A stretch of DNA of 63,041 bases, the filler included, from Sphacelaria rigidula (lineage: Eukaryota), in the NCBI GenBank assembly GCA_964200075.2. It is 9 parts of 9 records of this genome, joined end to end, with 100 filler letters (N's around TTAATTAATTAA, not from the genome) between each part and the next. Parts side by side here need not be neighbours in the genome. Positions count along the whole stretch, not along the records: positions 35,081 to 41,996 come from CAXNAA020017423.1; positions 42,097 to 49,011 come from CAXNAA020017424.1; 7 more parts are not named here. The stretch is one strand, 5' to 3'. Position numbers and translations under genes: made by a program. This document shows, in pieces, positions 35,115 to 48,804 of the stretch. Numbering within the stretch: position 1 is the stretch's first letter; each line of letters begins with the position of its first letter. The notes beneath the pieces are model-generated. The model had not been told where the DNA came from, did no database searches, and saw nothing but the letters and a program-made list of their open reading frames with translations.

Positions 35115-38100
35115 TTGACGCAAGATGATGCAGCGAGACAGCAGAGCGCCCCCCCGATAGACCATCCTGGGGCTGGAGGTGTGTTGGCGGCGAGCCGTCC
35201 GGGGCTACCCAATCAACCACGCGGCTTCGTCGTACGCAACGACTGTGGACAGCAGCAGCAACACCAGGGGGAAGCGGGTGACACCCCATCTCGCGGTCTT
35301 GTGAAGCAGGCGCGTCCATCGCACGACCTCTGCAAGCTTCAGGTAGGAAACAGGATACGTGTGAACGAGAGGGATCGGCGGGGCCAGCGCGGGGGCGGGT
35401 GGGTTCCCGCGGATTGCCTCCCATTGAAGAGGAGAGGGATAGAGTGGTGATGCCGCGATAGCCACCCCCCCCCCCACAAACACACACACAAAACGAGCCT
35501 CGAACATGGTCCGGCGAAACCCAAGCGTGCTTCGTCCCGGCTTGGTAGGGATGCGAGGTCAATGGTCATACGGCTAGTAGGAATGCAAGATCATTGCCTT
35601 TCTCCCGCGACGATCATGCGCCCAGAACATCCAGTCATTTACGCATATTTATCCCCGCTCTTGAATCGACTTCATTTTTTTTTTCGGACATAATGGAAGA
35701 CCGAAGAAGAATCCAGTAGCACACGCGGCGGGTGCAGTGAAGTTATCATCACTGGAGAGGTCGGGTGAGGTTTGCCCTATCATACTACGCAACGGATGAA
35801 GTGTGTCCTATTGTATTCATTGATAATGATAGCAAAAACACTGTAAAACATTCCATTCAAAAAACAGCAATGGGTTCCCAGGTATGGTACGGCACATCGG
35901 TAAATGGGAAACCTCCTTTTGTTCCACTTGTCACTCGCACGGGTCTGAAAAATACACATAGGGCGAACATTGTTGCGTCTGAGCTGTGAACCATCAACCA
36001 TATCTTGCTCGAAAACCGTCAATTGTAGATGATCAATTTTCCACTGTGAGTTCCAAAAGGGCTAATGGCCACCTCAAAAACCTCACGTATGGCATGGAAA
36101 ACAATGGGACAGGATGAAGGGGAAGACGAGAAAGACGGGGAGGCGGAAATAGAGAACGTATCGTTGGATGATGGTGGGGAGGAGTGGGGTATGTGGCATA
36201 TCCAAGCATTCGAGCAGTTCGAGCAGTCCGAGCTGGATTTGAACCTGGACATGATGCTGAATGGAGTCGCAGACATCGCCGTTCCACCTGGCAAGCGAAA
36301 GAGCGTCATGGCGTGTGCCGAGGGCGGCGGCTTGGGAATGCAGGGTGGTATTGGCGTTTCACGGTCGAGCGAGGACCACGAACGGAAGCGCAGTCGTTTC
36401 ATAAAGGTGCTGGTGTATGCTCGTGTGTTCGTCGACCATAGAAGAGGTAGTACAGTACTACTCTATGCTTTCGTGTGTAACTGCCGACCGCTTGAAATGA
36501 AAAGTGGTATGTGTGTGTGTGTGTGTGTGTGTACGCACGCCTTTGTCTTCACCGCTTGAAACGAGGCGTGACGTACTGTGTGCGATATTTTACACTGCTG
36601 CTGCTTACAAAAGTCGCCGTGGGTGCTCTTGTCGACTCCATGGGAGCACGGTGTGCTTTGTTGTTATCCTATACACTTCGTGCCCCATCCCGTAGGAATA
36701 CAAATGCTCTCTGAACGGTGCTCCTTAGGCTACTTTTTACGTACAAGACAAAATAACTAGTTGAAAAGTGCATTTTCGGCCCTTCTCCGTCATTTTACGT
36801 CCGAAAGGAGGGCTAGGCGGATGTTGACACCTTGGAATGACTTGCCCTACTCGTTGAGACCGTTCCAGAGCACCTTTGCGTTTTCCGCAGGTCACAGTTT
36901 CCGTTTTCGGCAAAACTTGTACTCTCTCTATATATAACAAACGGCCAAGTTATAAAAAAAATGACAGTTTCCCCTCTGTTTTTTGATAAGTTGACCGTTT
37001 GTTATTATAAAATGCATTTTCGCCCCAAAACGAAACTGTGACCAAAGGTGCTCTGGAACAGTCTCCGCGAGTAGAGCGAGTTATTCCAAGGTGTCAACAT
37101 CCGCTGAGCTCTCTTTTCGGGGGAAAAACGACGGAGAAGGGCCAAAAATGCAACAAGTTTCATTTTTGATACATGAGAGGTAGCCTTAGTGTGTTCTTCG
37201 AAAATATTTGGAACATGCCAGTACACGCGGAACAAACGTGCTTCGCTTTGTGGTTTGTTCGTACAAGAATTGTCGAAATATATCTAGAATTCTTTCCCGT
37301 GTATTTTTATTTCGTGCATGGGTGCACAACCATACGCCAACGCGCATCAAATACGCTAATCCTCGCTGCTATCGCAGTTGCAATAAACAGGACTCTTTAC
37401 GTTACACGTTACACGATACGTCACAATGTGACGTATGAAAAATAATACGTTACCTTACGTCCCACCCTTGTGACAAGTTTGTGACGTGTAACGTACGTGT
37501 CACATAACGTGAAGAGCCCTCGTAGTAACCCAATCACATTGGAACAACAACAACCACGGCAAACAGCAACAGCAAATATGAAAAACCCAAACGTGTTCTG
37601 AAAATATGTAATTGAAATATGAAATTCGGACGTCTTCTCCTTTCCATCCTTATTTCTGACTTGTATATTCTTGTCTCCTGCTTCTCCTTTTTCTCCATCT
37701 CCCCCCGCGAAAAAAAAAAACCTCCGCAGAGAGCGGAGATCGTTACGGAGATCGTTGCGGACGCCAAGGTCGTTGCGGAGGCCATCGAAGACGTAGAATC
37801 AATGTTCAAGCACTCAGGAGAGCAACCGCCCGTGCAGTCCATCTTCGACAGCTCGAAGACATTCGAGGTACGTACGGTACAGAGTTGTAGTAAATACAAT
37901 AGTCAGTCGATGGTTCTTCATCAAGTAGGTAGGGGTGAGGCCGTGCCTTATCAAACTGTTCTCGTGTCGAAAATGTGCGGTCGAATCGAATTCGCTCGTT
38001 TCTGATTCGTCCACGCTTATTTATTTTGTCAGATGGTTGAGAATATGAAAGCCGCGCACGTACCAGGCACGAGCAAATTCGATTCCACCGTGTTTTTTCG

Positions 38101-41100
38101 AGTCGAAAACAACTTGATAATACACGGCCTGAGCATGTCCAGAAAAGGGAAACTATACTTGATTCATAGGTCATCGTTAGTTGAATCAGAGACTTGTCTG
38201 ATCCTGCACTAGAGCCTAATAATGCTCACGCAAGCGGTAGACAGTACACACAAGGGTCATGCTCCATGCGAGTAGAGATTAGTCATTTATAATGGGATCC
38301 ATCTTGAAAGCTTCATCCACTGTACCGGAGAATGGTGCGGAAACATCAAGTTATTTTGTCAACTCGATACTTTTCTTGTGTATTTATTTATAGCGACATT
38401 GGTGACGTCGTCGGCCCGAATCTCAATATATTGGTGCTTACTGACACTGGGAGGCATATCGTTTGTATGTACTTCGAAAATACAAGTCATCAGCTCTTCA
38501 GAGTTCAAAATCGATATATACAACTATATGTTAGATTATCAAAAAACCATACCGCTATACGGTGAGTTCTGGCTTTTGCAGTGTTGTTGTAAGTTAGCTT
38601 TTGAGTATCGTCATCATCCCACCGACCGCGTGTTCCACGTCTCGCGTTATTGCTAGCCGTCAAACATTCCGTGATGGATATCCATGATGCATGTCCCAGC
38701 TGGGGTATCATCTTTCGATTAGGGTTGGTGGAGGTCAGGGTTAGGACTAGGGTCAGAGTTAGTGCTAGGGATGTTCATGACGTGTGTGGGTATTCATGAT
38801 GGATATCTCAGATGGATATCCACATCCATCATGGATATCGATGATAGATGTCCATGTCCCAGATGGTTATTCGTCATGCGTATTTACTTGATTTGATTTG
38901 AATGAATGTCGCACTTTAGTTGATCCCCCAGGGATACAGCCGTGGTCACATAATATACGTACCCAAGGCATGACAAAACTGGAACCTCGCTGAAAAAGAG
39001 TGAAGAAAAAGAGAAAGGTAGAGCAGACAAACAGAACACACTGAGAAAAGGAGAGAGAGAAAAAAAAGAACAAGAAATGGCTGGCCTCTGCCGCACGGCT
39101 TCGGTGGAAAGGTATGGACCTCCATGATGTATATGCATGTCCATCGTGGGTATCTACGTGGGATATCCATGATGATAAACACTCTGGTGGGTATCCGTAT
39201 CCATCATGGATTCCGGATGCATGTGGATATCCATGATATATCTGTCTTGGATGTCAGATGAAGGATGTTATACGATAACACAAGCGTTTCTTACGTCTTT
39301 AATGTTTACCTAAATGTTGCTGTTCAATCTCAGCTGCCATGAGCATATTTATGGTTCGGGACGAGACGATCGTCAATAGCTTCGTACGAGAAACTACAGA
39401 ATCAACGAATGAGGAACACAAATTTTGCTGAACACTCCAGTGATCAATTGATGCACTGATCATGAATTGATTGATGAGTGGTTACTGGTGATCTGGATGA
39501 TTTCTGGTTAATCTTTCGTTTACTTTCGCTCTGGATATTTTCCCGGCGACAATACTAAACAAAGCAGCAACTTGTTTTTGCAAGTACAGTAACTTTGAGG
39601 ACGTGGAAACGTGAAATGGTGAAGTATAAGTACATGGGATGAAACCATCAATTGGGTGCATAACTTGGAGTTAACAAATATGAACATGCGCACATGAGGT
39701 AATCAATAATCGTTTGAAGTGAAGAACATTATTCGGGTAGGTTGTTGATTATTGATTTGCTGATTCGTTTTTTGTCGTCATATTCATGTATATACATATC
39801 GATATGAAATCATGTTTCATGATGCACGGAAATTTGCTTTTATGTGGGGGGCGTATTTTATCCGACTCTCTGTTTACACACACACATATATGAAAATGAA
39901 AGCATGTTTCATGATACACGTTTTTTATTTTATGAAGAGGGCTGACTCTCATCTGACTCTCTGTGTACACACACATCTGTATATATATATATATAAATAT
40001 GAAAACTTGTTACATGATGCACGGGAAGTCGTTTCTATGTGGGGGCGAACTGTCGTCTGACTCTCTCGTGTACATATATATATATAATATGTACATGAAA
40101 TATGGAAGCACGTGTTATGATACACGGAAAGCCGTTTTTTTGTTGGGGCGAACTGCCATGTGACTCTTGTGTATATCCTAATATCACACACACATACACA
40201 CACAAAACCATATCGCCTACATCCTTTTTTTAATAATCTCGCGCAGGACCAAGCAGCTGAGTTTGGTCCCGCGGCTCGTGCGCAACTGCGCGCTAACCCC
40301 GCAAGCTGGAAGTCTCTGCTCACGACAGCGCTCTCGAGCCTCAGCATGAGAAGCTTGAGAGATCTAGACGGCATGGACGAAGATGAAGCCGAAAATTCGC
40401 AGGTGTGTGTGCTTGGACTAAAGAAAGGCCAGGGGGAGGGGGGACGCATTTGTTGCTTGCCTTGATTGTTTGACCGTTGACCACGCATCCCTTTCGAGAC
40501 GGAGCATCGTTTCTATGTCTGATAGAGACATCTCCGACATTTGGGCGCTCATCGCGTTTCTTCCGTACATCACACGGACACCTTCTACAGATCTCACCCT
40601 CTTCCTGGTTCGCCGTCTGTGGCCACCATTTTTCTCCTTGTATAGCCATCGTTTTTCTCGGCGCTGTTCAATGTATCAATCGATTTCATGCCACCTTCGT
40701 TTACTCCCCACATTTCCCCCAACACGCCCCGCTCCTTCTTGTATACTTTACATTCTGCCACTATATAAGTTCTACTCCCTATTGCATTGCCGCCGGGGCA
40801 ATTGTGTACATCTTCTTCCTCCTCTACTCGATCAGTGGTATATCTCTTTGTTCTTTCAGGCAGGTCCAGGTCTCCCACCCGAAATCGCAGTGTCATTTTT
40901 TTCGCGGAGTCCATTGGTCCATGCAGATGAGTTTTCATTGAAAAAGGCCCCCGATCCACAGAGCAAAGCCGGGGCTTGTGGTCTGCAACTCGAGGCGGGC
41001 GGCGGTCGATGTTTTGTGTTTCATTCATGTCGATTTATTTCGATACATACGGTGATGGATCAGAATTGGGAGGCCCTCGTGGAGCAGGTCACTCGAGCAG

Positions 41101-41763
41101 GAGCAGGTTGTTGGTGAAATCATGTTGAAGTTCTGTGCAATTCCATTGTGTGTGGTACTAAAAATACACAAACTTCATATATACACCTTGAAAACCTTAG
41201 GTCGAACTGTTCCAGTAGTAGTTGGCATCTTGCACTCAGAAGTACAACAGTAGCACACATCGACTTACATGTCGTAACATTCATTCCTCCCCATCAACCG
41301 CCCCCACCCCCCCCCCCCCAAAAAAAAAAAGACACAAGGGTTCCCCCGGGAACCATTTATATCACAAGAGGAGTCCTTTAAGCAGAAGACAGAGCCAGAG
41401 AAAGCCCAGCTGAGGGCCGAAGTCCGTAATTATCTGGATGCCCGAGACGACTCGCAACTGCGACGCATCAGCGAATCAGGCGAAGAGTTGATGAAGATAG
41501 CGGAGAAATTGGACAAGGACTTGTCTAGCCGGAGCTTCGGCAGGTTGAGCTTCGAGGCCGATGATGATAGCACGATGAAACCCCGGGCGAGGGATGCAAA
41601 CCGTGCCGACCTCGATGCCGACGACTCGCGCCCGAGACCCATCGGTGAACCAGGACAGGAGTTGATGAAGCTAGTGGAGCAGCTGGATCTGGGGCTGGCG
41701 GGGAGCTTCGGCAAGTTAAGCGTCGTGCCTGATGACGAGGAGGGCAAAGATGCCGAGTGGTGA
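35115..41763 (+). CDS. 3' part of a multi-exon gene, unknown low-complexity/acidic protein; exons 35115-35342, 36113-36406, 37730-37867, 40247-40402, 41386-41763(stop)
   Basis: Five YAG/GT-bounded GC-rich segments, all phase 0 and stop-free, ending in TGA. Peptides include RAEIVTEIVADAKVVAEAIEDVESMF, WKSLLTTALSSLSMRSLRDL and a duplicated ELMK.(A/V)E.LD..L..SFG.LS motif. Confidence 0.75.
36728..37185. mobile_element. PIF/Harbinger (Tourist-like) foldback MITE, 458 bp, TTA TSD, intronic
   Basis: TTA|GGCTAC...GTAGCC|TTA; arms pair over nearly the whole length (e.g. GCGGATGTTGACACCTTGGAAT and TTCCAGAGCACCTTTG mirrored). Confidence 0.85.
38662..39270. mobile_element. ATGGATATCCAT-rich MITE-like element with degenerate TTAGGG-like run, interrupted by a retroposon 3' end (~38885-39125, minus strand; same tail at 62977-63041)
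   Basis: Imperfect TIR AACATTCCGTGATGGATATCCA / TGGATGTCAGATGAAGGATGTT; the insert shares TGTCGCACTTTARYTGA.CCC..AGGG....GCCGTGGTC with the end of contig 9. Confidence 0.6.
39795..40175. repeat. ~100-bp tandem repeat, ~4 diverged copies, intronic
   Basis: Unit ATGAAA..ATGTTTCATGATRCACGG...TGTGGGGGCG...TGACTCTC.GTRTACA. Confidence 0.85.
40432..40930 (-). mobile_element. 5'-truncated LINE (family A) 3' end, intronic and antisense
   Basis: LRFRVGDLDLPERTKRY...NCPGGNAIGSRTYIVAECKVYKKER, homologous to 49747-50004; same 3' terminus and C-rich tail. Further fragments at 19355-19460, 20385-20450, 42097-42340. Confidence 0.85.
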
Positions 41764-44072
41764 TCGTTATCAACGGTGGCGACACCCCCCCCCCGAGCAC
41801 TTCACACACAGATGTGTACATAAGATATTTTTTTTGCAGTATTGATGCTGACCATGAGTGACGGGCGGATCAATCAACAATACCAGCTCTCTATAAAGGA
41901 TGCTGGAGAGGGGGGGGGGGGGGGGGGGGGGGGCGTGGTGGGCGGGGCTGTCGGGGCTCGCAGGGGGCGACGCCCCCCTCACTGACGCGGGGTGAGNNNN
42001 NNNNNNNNNNNNNNNNNNNNNNNNNNNNNNNNNNNNNNNNTTAATTAATTAANNNNNNNNNNNNNNNNNNNNNNNNNNNNNNNNNNNNNNNNNNNNTTAT
42101 TTTTGCCTTGTACCCCGCGTCTTCATCTATGGACAGTATTCCGTCTTGGTTTCCGCCTATCTCCTTCCACACTTTCTCGACTTCTTTATCCCACCTTACT
42201 CCAGCGTTCCATTTTTCTTCCATACAGCCCTATCAACTATAGCTGGCAATCTCGTAGGGGGGCGGGAGGGGGAGGTATTCATTTATTGCTTACCTTAGTC
42301 ATTTGACAACTGACTACGCATCCCCTTTCGAGACGGAGCGAGGGGTACGAGGACGGGGGGGGGGAAGGGGAAAGCACCGTCTTACTGGCGGAGGTGACAC
42401 CGTTGTGCATCCCTCCTAGTGACGATTGAGCTTGCGGTCCGAGAAACCACTGTCACTGTTGCCTTTCTGGGGGTCGCCCCACGGCGGGAAGGACGGCCTT
42501 GTCCCCACGTGCTCCTCGGCGGCTGATGTGTGTGCGCATATATGTGTTCGTGTGCTTGGTGTGCGATGATGCGGTGTCTTATCGTGTTAATGTCTGTTTA
42601 GCGCGGAAGTTTTGCTTCGGTAGTGACATACTGTGTCTCTGTGTTGGTGTTTTTGCGGGCTTTTATTTAGCTCGCCTGGCGGTCTTTCTAAAGCAAGGTT
42701 GTCCGCGACTTTTTTGCAGGATCGCGTCATGGAGAGGTTCCTCGGGATCGGCGGGAGAAGGGGAAGAGCAGTGATGGTGGATTTTGAGTGTTTTGCTGTA
42801 GTATAGTCGCCCCAGTAGCCGCGTTCTGGTGGTCCAGTGGTAGAACTGACGCGATTAGGGGGTAGAAGAAACGGGGATTCGGTTCCTAAAGGCGGGTTTA
42901 GTTCAGTTCAGTTTTTTTCTGCCAAGTGTCTGATATCCGTCGTCGAAAAACATGAGAACGTGCGTTAGCAGCGAAAACAGGGTTTGTTTGACGTGAGTCG
43001 ACGTGGTGCTGGTGTGCCGACCCCATTCGCGTGACCGAAAAACAATACAAGGCGTGTATCAAGCAGATATGGGTTGATCCCTTGATACCGCGGACTTGTC
43101 CGGAGGAGGGAGAGGGGTTGAAATTGTGACGCAAAAAAGAAAAGAAAAATCGTATTGTGTCTCGGCTTATGAACAGAGCTCTTTTTGATCTTCATCTGCG
43201 TTTTTGTCTCACGCAGCCGTTTTGTGGTTGCTGAGGAAAGACGGGATCGCCCGGAGGCGTGAAGGTGTACTGCATGTACACCGCGTTATGAGCACGGTGC
43301 GGGATATGCGAAAGTCTCTTAGGTGCTGAAACCATGTTTGAGAAAGAAAAATCACAAGATATCAGGGAAGGCTCTTTACCTGTATGATTGACACACATGT
43401 TCGATGTTTTCTTGTGTTGTTGTTTCGTATTTCGTAACTATTAAACGATATCCGTGACTATGATGATGAATGGAAAGCATTAAAGAAGAAATCGGATATC
43501 TTCGGCCGATTGTCTGATCCTCACAGCTGCTTCTTAACACCCTTGTTTTCACTTCCTATATACCAACAACAACAACAACAACAACGATGGACCATGACAA
43601 AAACACAACAACTCCAGGACTACCGAAGCGAAGGCGAACAGCCCTCGACAACAAGAGATGGTGTCACGCGCCGCTCCAACGGCTATGAAGACTACTACGA
43701 CGCCCAATCTCTGAGGCAGTTCCAGCGCCGGGTAACTAAGCAGGACAGCTTCCGCGCCGCGCGAATGCCGAAAAGAGGTGAGTCAAATCAGCCCGGTAGC
43801 TTTCAAGTATGAACTGACCACCGCAGATGCGCTGCGCCCCGGGTGGTCATAAAATCGTGGACCAACGCCGCAGTATTGGCAGGTTTCATGCGCGTTCGAA
43901 TCACGACAAATTTGATCGCAATGTGTACTTTCATCACGAATGTGATTCGGTGGCGGATGAGAATGGGGTTCAACGTGTACACACGTCCACGCCCTGGACA
44001 ATCGACGATGTCTATTGCAATAGCAATATAAACTGCCGCAGTAGATGCCAATATTGTCGTCGGTAATGGCTA

Positions 44073-45246
44073 CGAGCTGGGCCAGCCTAGAAACGGATTA
44101 AGCTCTCAAGGCAATATCTCATCGACACCGACGAGTTAGGCCGTGATCCTCATACCGCATTAATCGTCTAATGAAGGGGAAGGTGCCCATCTGCTCAAAA
44201 GTCTGGGTCAATATTTTTCTCGTTGAATAAACCCCCATGCCTAGTAATTCCTATACCGTACGGGGATAGCGTCCTCACTTGAAATCTACATGAAACCCCA
44301 AACGATATGACAACGATTTTTGGTGTGGACCTTCCCTGGAGCACGGGGAGACGATATATACCCTCACCCTCACCTAATTCGTCATCAATCTCGAGATATG
44401 ACGCACATAAGGTTCTATACTAGAAGCAAAATATTACGAACAGAGGCACGAGATGCCCCAAATCTGGATATCGCGTCTCAATTTTCGAGAGTTGTGCTAT
44501 GAAATCTGGTATGGAGAACCGCTAGTGAACAACACAAATGAAGAACAGCTTTTCCATTTTTTTCGTTTTTTTTTCATTTTTTTTCGATTTTGTAGGGGAT
44601 TTTTGAGGAGAAATGAACACTGCTCGAAGGCCTAATCTCAATTGTTAAGCTCAATGTTTAGAGTTGGGATTTGAAACTTAACATGGAGAACCACGAAGGT
44701 GGGCCGAAAAAAATAGGGGACTTTCATTTTTTATTTTTTAGAGGTTCAGGCGTTCTCGTGAAAAAATGGTCTTTACCACTCGAACGCCCCAAATCAGTGG
44801 AGAAAAAAAAAACGTGGCTTTGTTAATTTTGCTCTAGTCACGACCCACAGAAAGTTTCAATACACAAACACCAAACGTGGGCCGGTAAGTGACCTGCAAA
44901 ATACTGTTCCGATTTTCTACCGACCCCGTCACTAAACGGCCTATTAGCCGGCCGATATTTAGAGTTGGACCCTAAAATTTGGTATGGACAACGCATAGGG
45001 CATAATAAAACAAATTACCGGTGCACACAAGGTTCTTTGTTTCTTTGTGAGTTAAGGGCAATAATCAGTTTTCAGGAATCAGTACAATGTCCTTAACTCA
45101 TGAGAGAAAAAAAACTTGTGTGCACTCGTAATTAGTTTTATTATGCCCTATGCATTGTCCATACCAAATTGTAGGGTCCAACTCTAAATACTGTCTGGCT
45201 AATGGGCCTGCAAACTATAAATTCGCTTCTCGGCTAGCCCAGCTTG
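44073..45246. mobile_element. Non-autonomous TIR transposon, 1174 bp, CGAGCTGGGCCAGC TIR, TA TSD, with internal ~270-bp palindrome (44937-45210)
   Basis: TA|CGAGCTGGGCCAGC...GCTAGCCCAGCTTG|TA. Joined flanks (GTAATGGC-TA-TCGATCGACAAG) match the uninterrupted paralogue at ~24960-25030 (reverse complement). Confidence 0.88.
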
Positions 45247-46761
45247 TATCGATCGACAAGTTTCTCTGTCTTTTGTCGTCGGCAATGTCTATCGATAGAC
45301 CCCATTCTCATACTAATGCTGGGGCGCCAGTCTATGGTGGCCCTACACCGAAAAGTATTGCCACCGACCGAATACATCGATCGATAGCTTTCCACATCTA
45401 TTGATGGCGGCAAAGGCTATCGATAGATTGTTCACCAAATTTATTGATGACGGCAAACGCTATCGATAGACGGCTCTCATCAAATCTATTGATGACGGTA
45501 ATGGCTATCGATAGATGGCTCACCGAATATATTGATGACGGCAGTGACCATGGATAGGCCTCCCCGAATCCATTGCGGTATACGATGTCCATCGATGCCA
45601 GTGATTTTAGTCTGTTGTAATTACCATAGACTATTGGTCGACGCTTGCAACATCTTTTGTGTCTTGCAACACATATCCATATATGTGTTTCATCATATTT
45701 TGTGTTGGACAATATATATCGAAAGGTTCCCCCCGCGTCTACTATTCGAGCAATGGACTATTATTGTGTTCAATGTTCAGGGTGTGTTCCTGTTGGGCGC
45801 ATATTTCTCTTCGGGGCTGAACGCTATTACTGTGCTGTCCCTATATTTAGGTATGCGTGACGGTTCTTCTCCGTCCCTGATACCAACCATCGATTATGTG
45901 ATAATCGTTCCTGGTGTCGGCACACAGACGGTACGCTGATACCAGCCTCAGATCGCAACGGCACGATGTTTCGTAAACCTCCGCAAGCGCAGAAGACCGG
46001 TGCGTTGTGAGTTGTGTATTCAGTTTTTGTGTCGGTACAGAGAGACTCGGGAACTATTTCCGGGGAGAAAGCGGTGTGGTCGTTGTGGCGTTCGTGAACG
46101 ACAAATGGGCGCGAAAAGAGACGAATGTGTGGGGGCACTGGTTGGAACTGGCGCGTGGATTCCCTTGCGCGCAGTGTGCCGCATCAGGTACGGTGTGGGA
46201 AGAGATGGCCCGGGACAGGTACTTTATGGACCGACTGGTGACCCGATAAGCTACGATTGAAAAATAATTCCCAGATCAGGTATACCTGGCCGAAATGTGG
46301 TCTAGGAAGGGGTGTTTTCTGGAGGCGAGACGTTCTTTTGCGCATGGCCATATCTCGCGAGTAACATATTTTTTTCTGTTTTTTTTTCGAGGCCCGGGTC
46401 CCGAGGAGCCTCCCGATTGGTCTGCGTGAAAAATTCGTAGCGAAATCGATGTAGAGGGTGTGTTTTGCTGTTTTCGCGTTTCTGGTCATTTTTCGTACCT
46501 TTCTTACGGTAGGCAAAGTACGAGAAGGTGTACCTTATCTATGCCAGTCCTCTTTTTTTTCCCCAAGTATATGCTTCCCACCCTCGAAAGCTTAAGGATG
46601 ATAAAAGAAATGGGTTGATCCCTTGAGACCACGGGCTCGTCCGGAGGAAGCGGAGGAGTTTAGAGTGTGACAGAAGAAGAAAATAACTGTATGCCGGTAA
46701 AAAACTAGGTCAAGTACGGCACGCGCCCAAATATTCGCCAGGAGGAAAGCGTCGGCGATTC

Positions 46762-47262
46762 TGCCACGTGTTATCGCATTGATGGGACGATGAAATATCT
46801 TGACTTCTGCTCAGTGAGAGGTTACCTACTAGGTCGGCGGGATCCGCACGCACGAGTCCCACGCTCTTCCAGGTGTACTTTCTGTGCTCCACCTACCCGT
46901 AGCACCCCCTTGGCTGCCACGCCTCCTTTCGGAACAGTATTATTGTGTGGGAACTTCATTGTCCCATCAAATATGTCGTGCATTGACACATTGCCGGCAC
47001 TACCGTCTGCAACGTACCATTTTCGTTTGCAACTCACGTACGTGTATTGCGCCGGGTTCGGCAACGAAAAGGTCCCGTAATAATGTTGTTCCGAAATAAG
47101 GCCTGGCAGCCAAGCTGTTGCAACGTGCAGTGCACGAAGTACAACGCACCTGGTGGGAGTGTGGGACTCGTGCATGCGGATACCGCCGACCCAGTAGGTA
47201 TCCTCGCGCTGCGCAGACGTGGAGATATTTCATCGTACCATCATAGATATCATACGTGGCAG
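46762..47262. repeat. ~500-bp foldback
   Basis: GAAATATCTTGACTTCTGCTCAGTGAGAGGTTACCTACTAGGTCGGCGGGATCCGCACGCACGAGTCCCAC mirrored at 47160-47235; this explains the similar ORFs 46790+ and 47233-. Confidence 0.85.
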
Positions 47263-47269
47263 CGGTGCG

Positions 47270-47870
47270 ATCCGTGAGTTATGCCACGGAGAACGCACGG
47301 ACTACCTACGGAGTGGATAAAACCAGGGGGTTAAGAACAAATCCGCGGAGCGAATTATTACGGTGCGGTTTATCCATCCGCACTGCTCCGTGGCATAACT
47401 TGCGGATCGAACCGCTGGAATGCCACGGATTTCCACGGACGAATTTGTTTCGAATGCCGGATAATTTAAATTTCGAAATATGAAAATATGGTTCTAGATG
47501 AGCAATTCGTCGATACGGACCCTGCACTCGGTATTTTATCCGTGCGTTCTCCGTAGCATATCTCAGATCAAACCGCTGAAAAGCCACGAAATTCGAAATT
47601 TCATGAACGAAATTGTCCTCACTGCCGGAGTACTTGGAATTCGAAGTATTAAAAATATCGTTCTGTATGAGCAATTCGCCAAAATGGTTCTGAAATTGTG
47701 CTCCGTACTTCATCCGTGCGTTCTCCGTAACATCACTAAAATCAAACCGCTGAAAAGCCACGAAATCCCACGGAAAAAATTGTTCCGAATGCCGGGTAAG
47801 TTGGAATTTGAAGTATAAAAAATATTGTTCTGGATGAGCACTTCGCTGATACCATTCTGAAATTCTGCTG
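47270..47870. repeat. ~170-180 bp tandem units (~3) with an inverted partial copy
   Basis: ATCCGTGCGTTCTCCGTA.CAT....ATCAAACCGCTGAAAAGCCACGAAAT...TGCCGG...AATTYGAAGTAT recurs at ~47370, 47538, 47712. Confidence 0.8.
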
Positions 47871-47895
47871 TGAATATGCAAGCCGCCTCTTGCAC

Positions 47896-47941
<46 letters not shown>

Positions 47942-48804
47942 CATGCGCCTCGAGCTGGGAAGCGTAATTCGAACTTGGCGGCGGGGCGCGGACCTCGGAT
48001 GGTTGATACCATGAATTGCGATGCCGAACATAGTGCCGAGCACTCTCCTACTTCAGAGGTCATGTAATATTCAATGTTCCCAATTGATTTATTATTTTTT
48101 CTCCAGGAATTCGACCATACATGTGCGCTATTTAATCCGCCGTCCCCCCTGTCCAGCAGCTGTAAGTCCCAGCGAAACAACTCCTTTCGTACTTTATGTA
48201 TTTATCCGCGGATGTCCATGCAATTTTCGCGGATAGCCGTATCGTTTTCACGGATTACTGCGACGGTGCACGGTGGGGAATTGCCGCAGTGTGTGCGGTT
48301 TGTTCAACGGAGGGGGGCAAACCGCTCCGTGAAAAAATCCGTGCCACGGACATCCGCCCCGCAATAATCCGTACATTTTTAGCGGGCGGATGTCCGCTCC
48401 GTGACAATCCGTGATTTTTCCCACTGACGGATATCCGCTCCGCTCCCCTCCACTCCGTACCATATTCGAAAAATCCACTCCGCACCGTGACATTTTCGCT
48501 GGCGAATATCCGCTCCGCAATAATCCGTGACATGTTCATTGGCGGATATTCTCTCCGTCATGGTCCGTGTTTTTTCACACAGTCGGATATCCACTCGGCT
48601 CCGCTCCGTGAGGTTTCGGGGGGAAAAGAATCCGCTTCGCGGAGCGGATTGTCCTCCGTACACATCCCTGAGAAAAACGGGCTTACGGAGCTGAAGCCTA
48701 GGCAGACCTCGTGTGCGCCCCCTTTTGTGTGGGCAATAGGCAGGCGTCATAGACATCGCGCACTTTATGGCACATTGCACCGATATAAGACAAAATCTTA
48801 CATA

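Noticed and set aside
38718..38770. Telomere-like TTAGGG run
   Set aside because: Short, degenerate and internal to an intronic MITE-like element; not a chromosome end.
43827..44066. Cys-rich ORF that looks like an exon
   Set aside because: Its 3' half is homologous to the ATCGAT-rich repeat at ~24985-25070 and it is cut by a MITE, so it is repeat-derived.
45395..45560. ~38-40 bp periodic palindromic repeats resembling a CRISPR array
   Set aside because: Degenerate head-to-tail minisatellite within a dispersed element, with no spacers.
43594..46218. Candidate plus-strand exons at ~43594-43777 and ~46041-46218
   Set aside because: Splice signals are plausible, but there is no homology or further exon chain, so support is too weak to call a gene.
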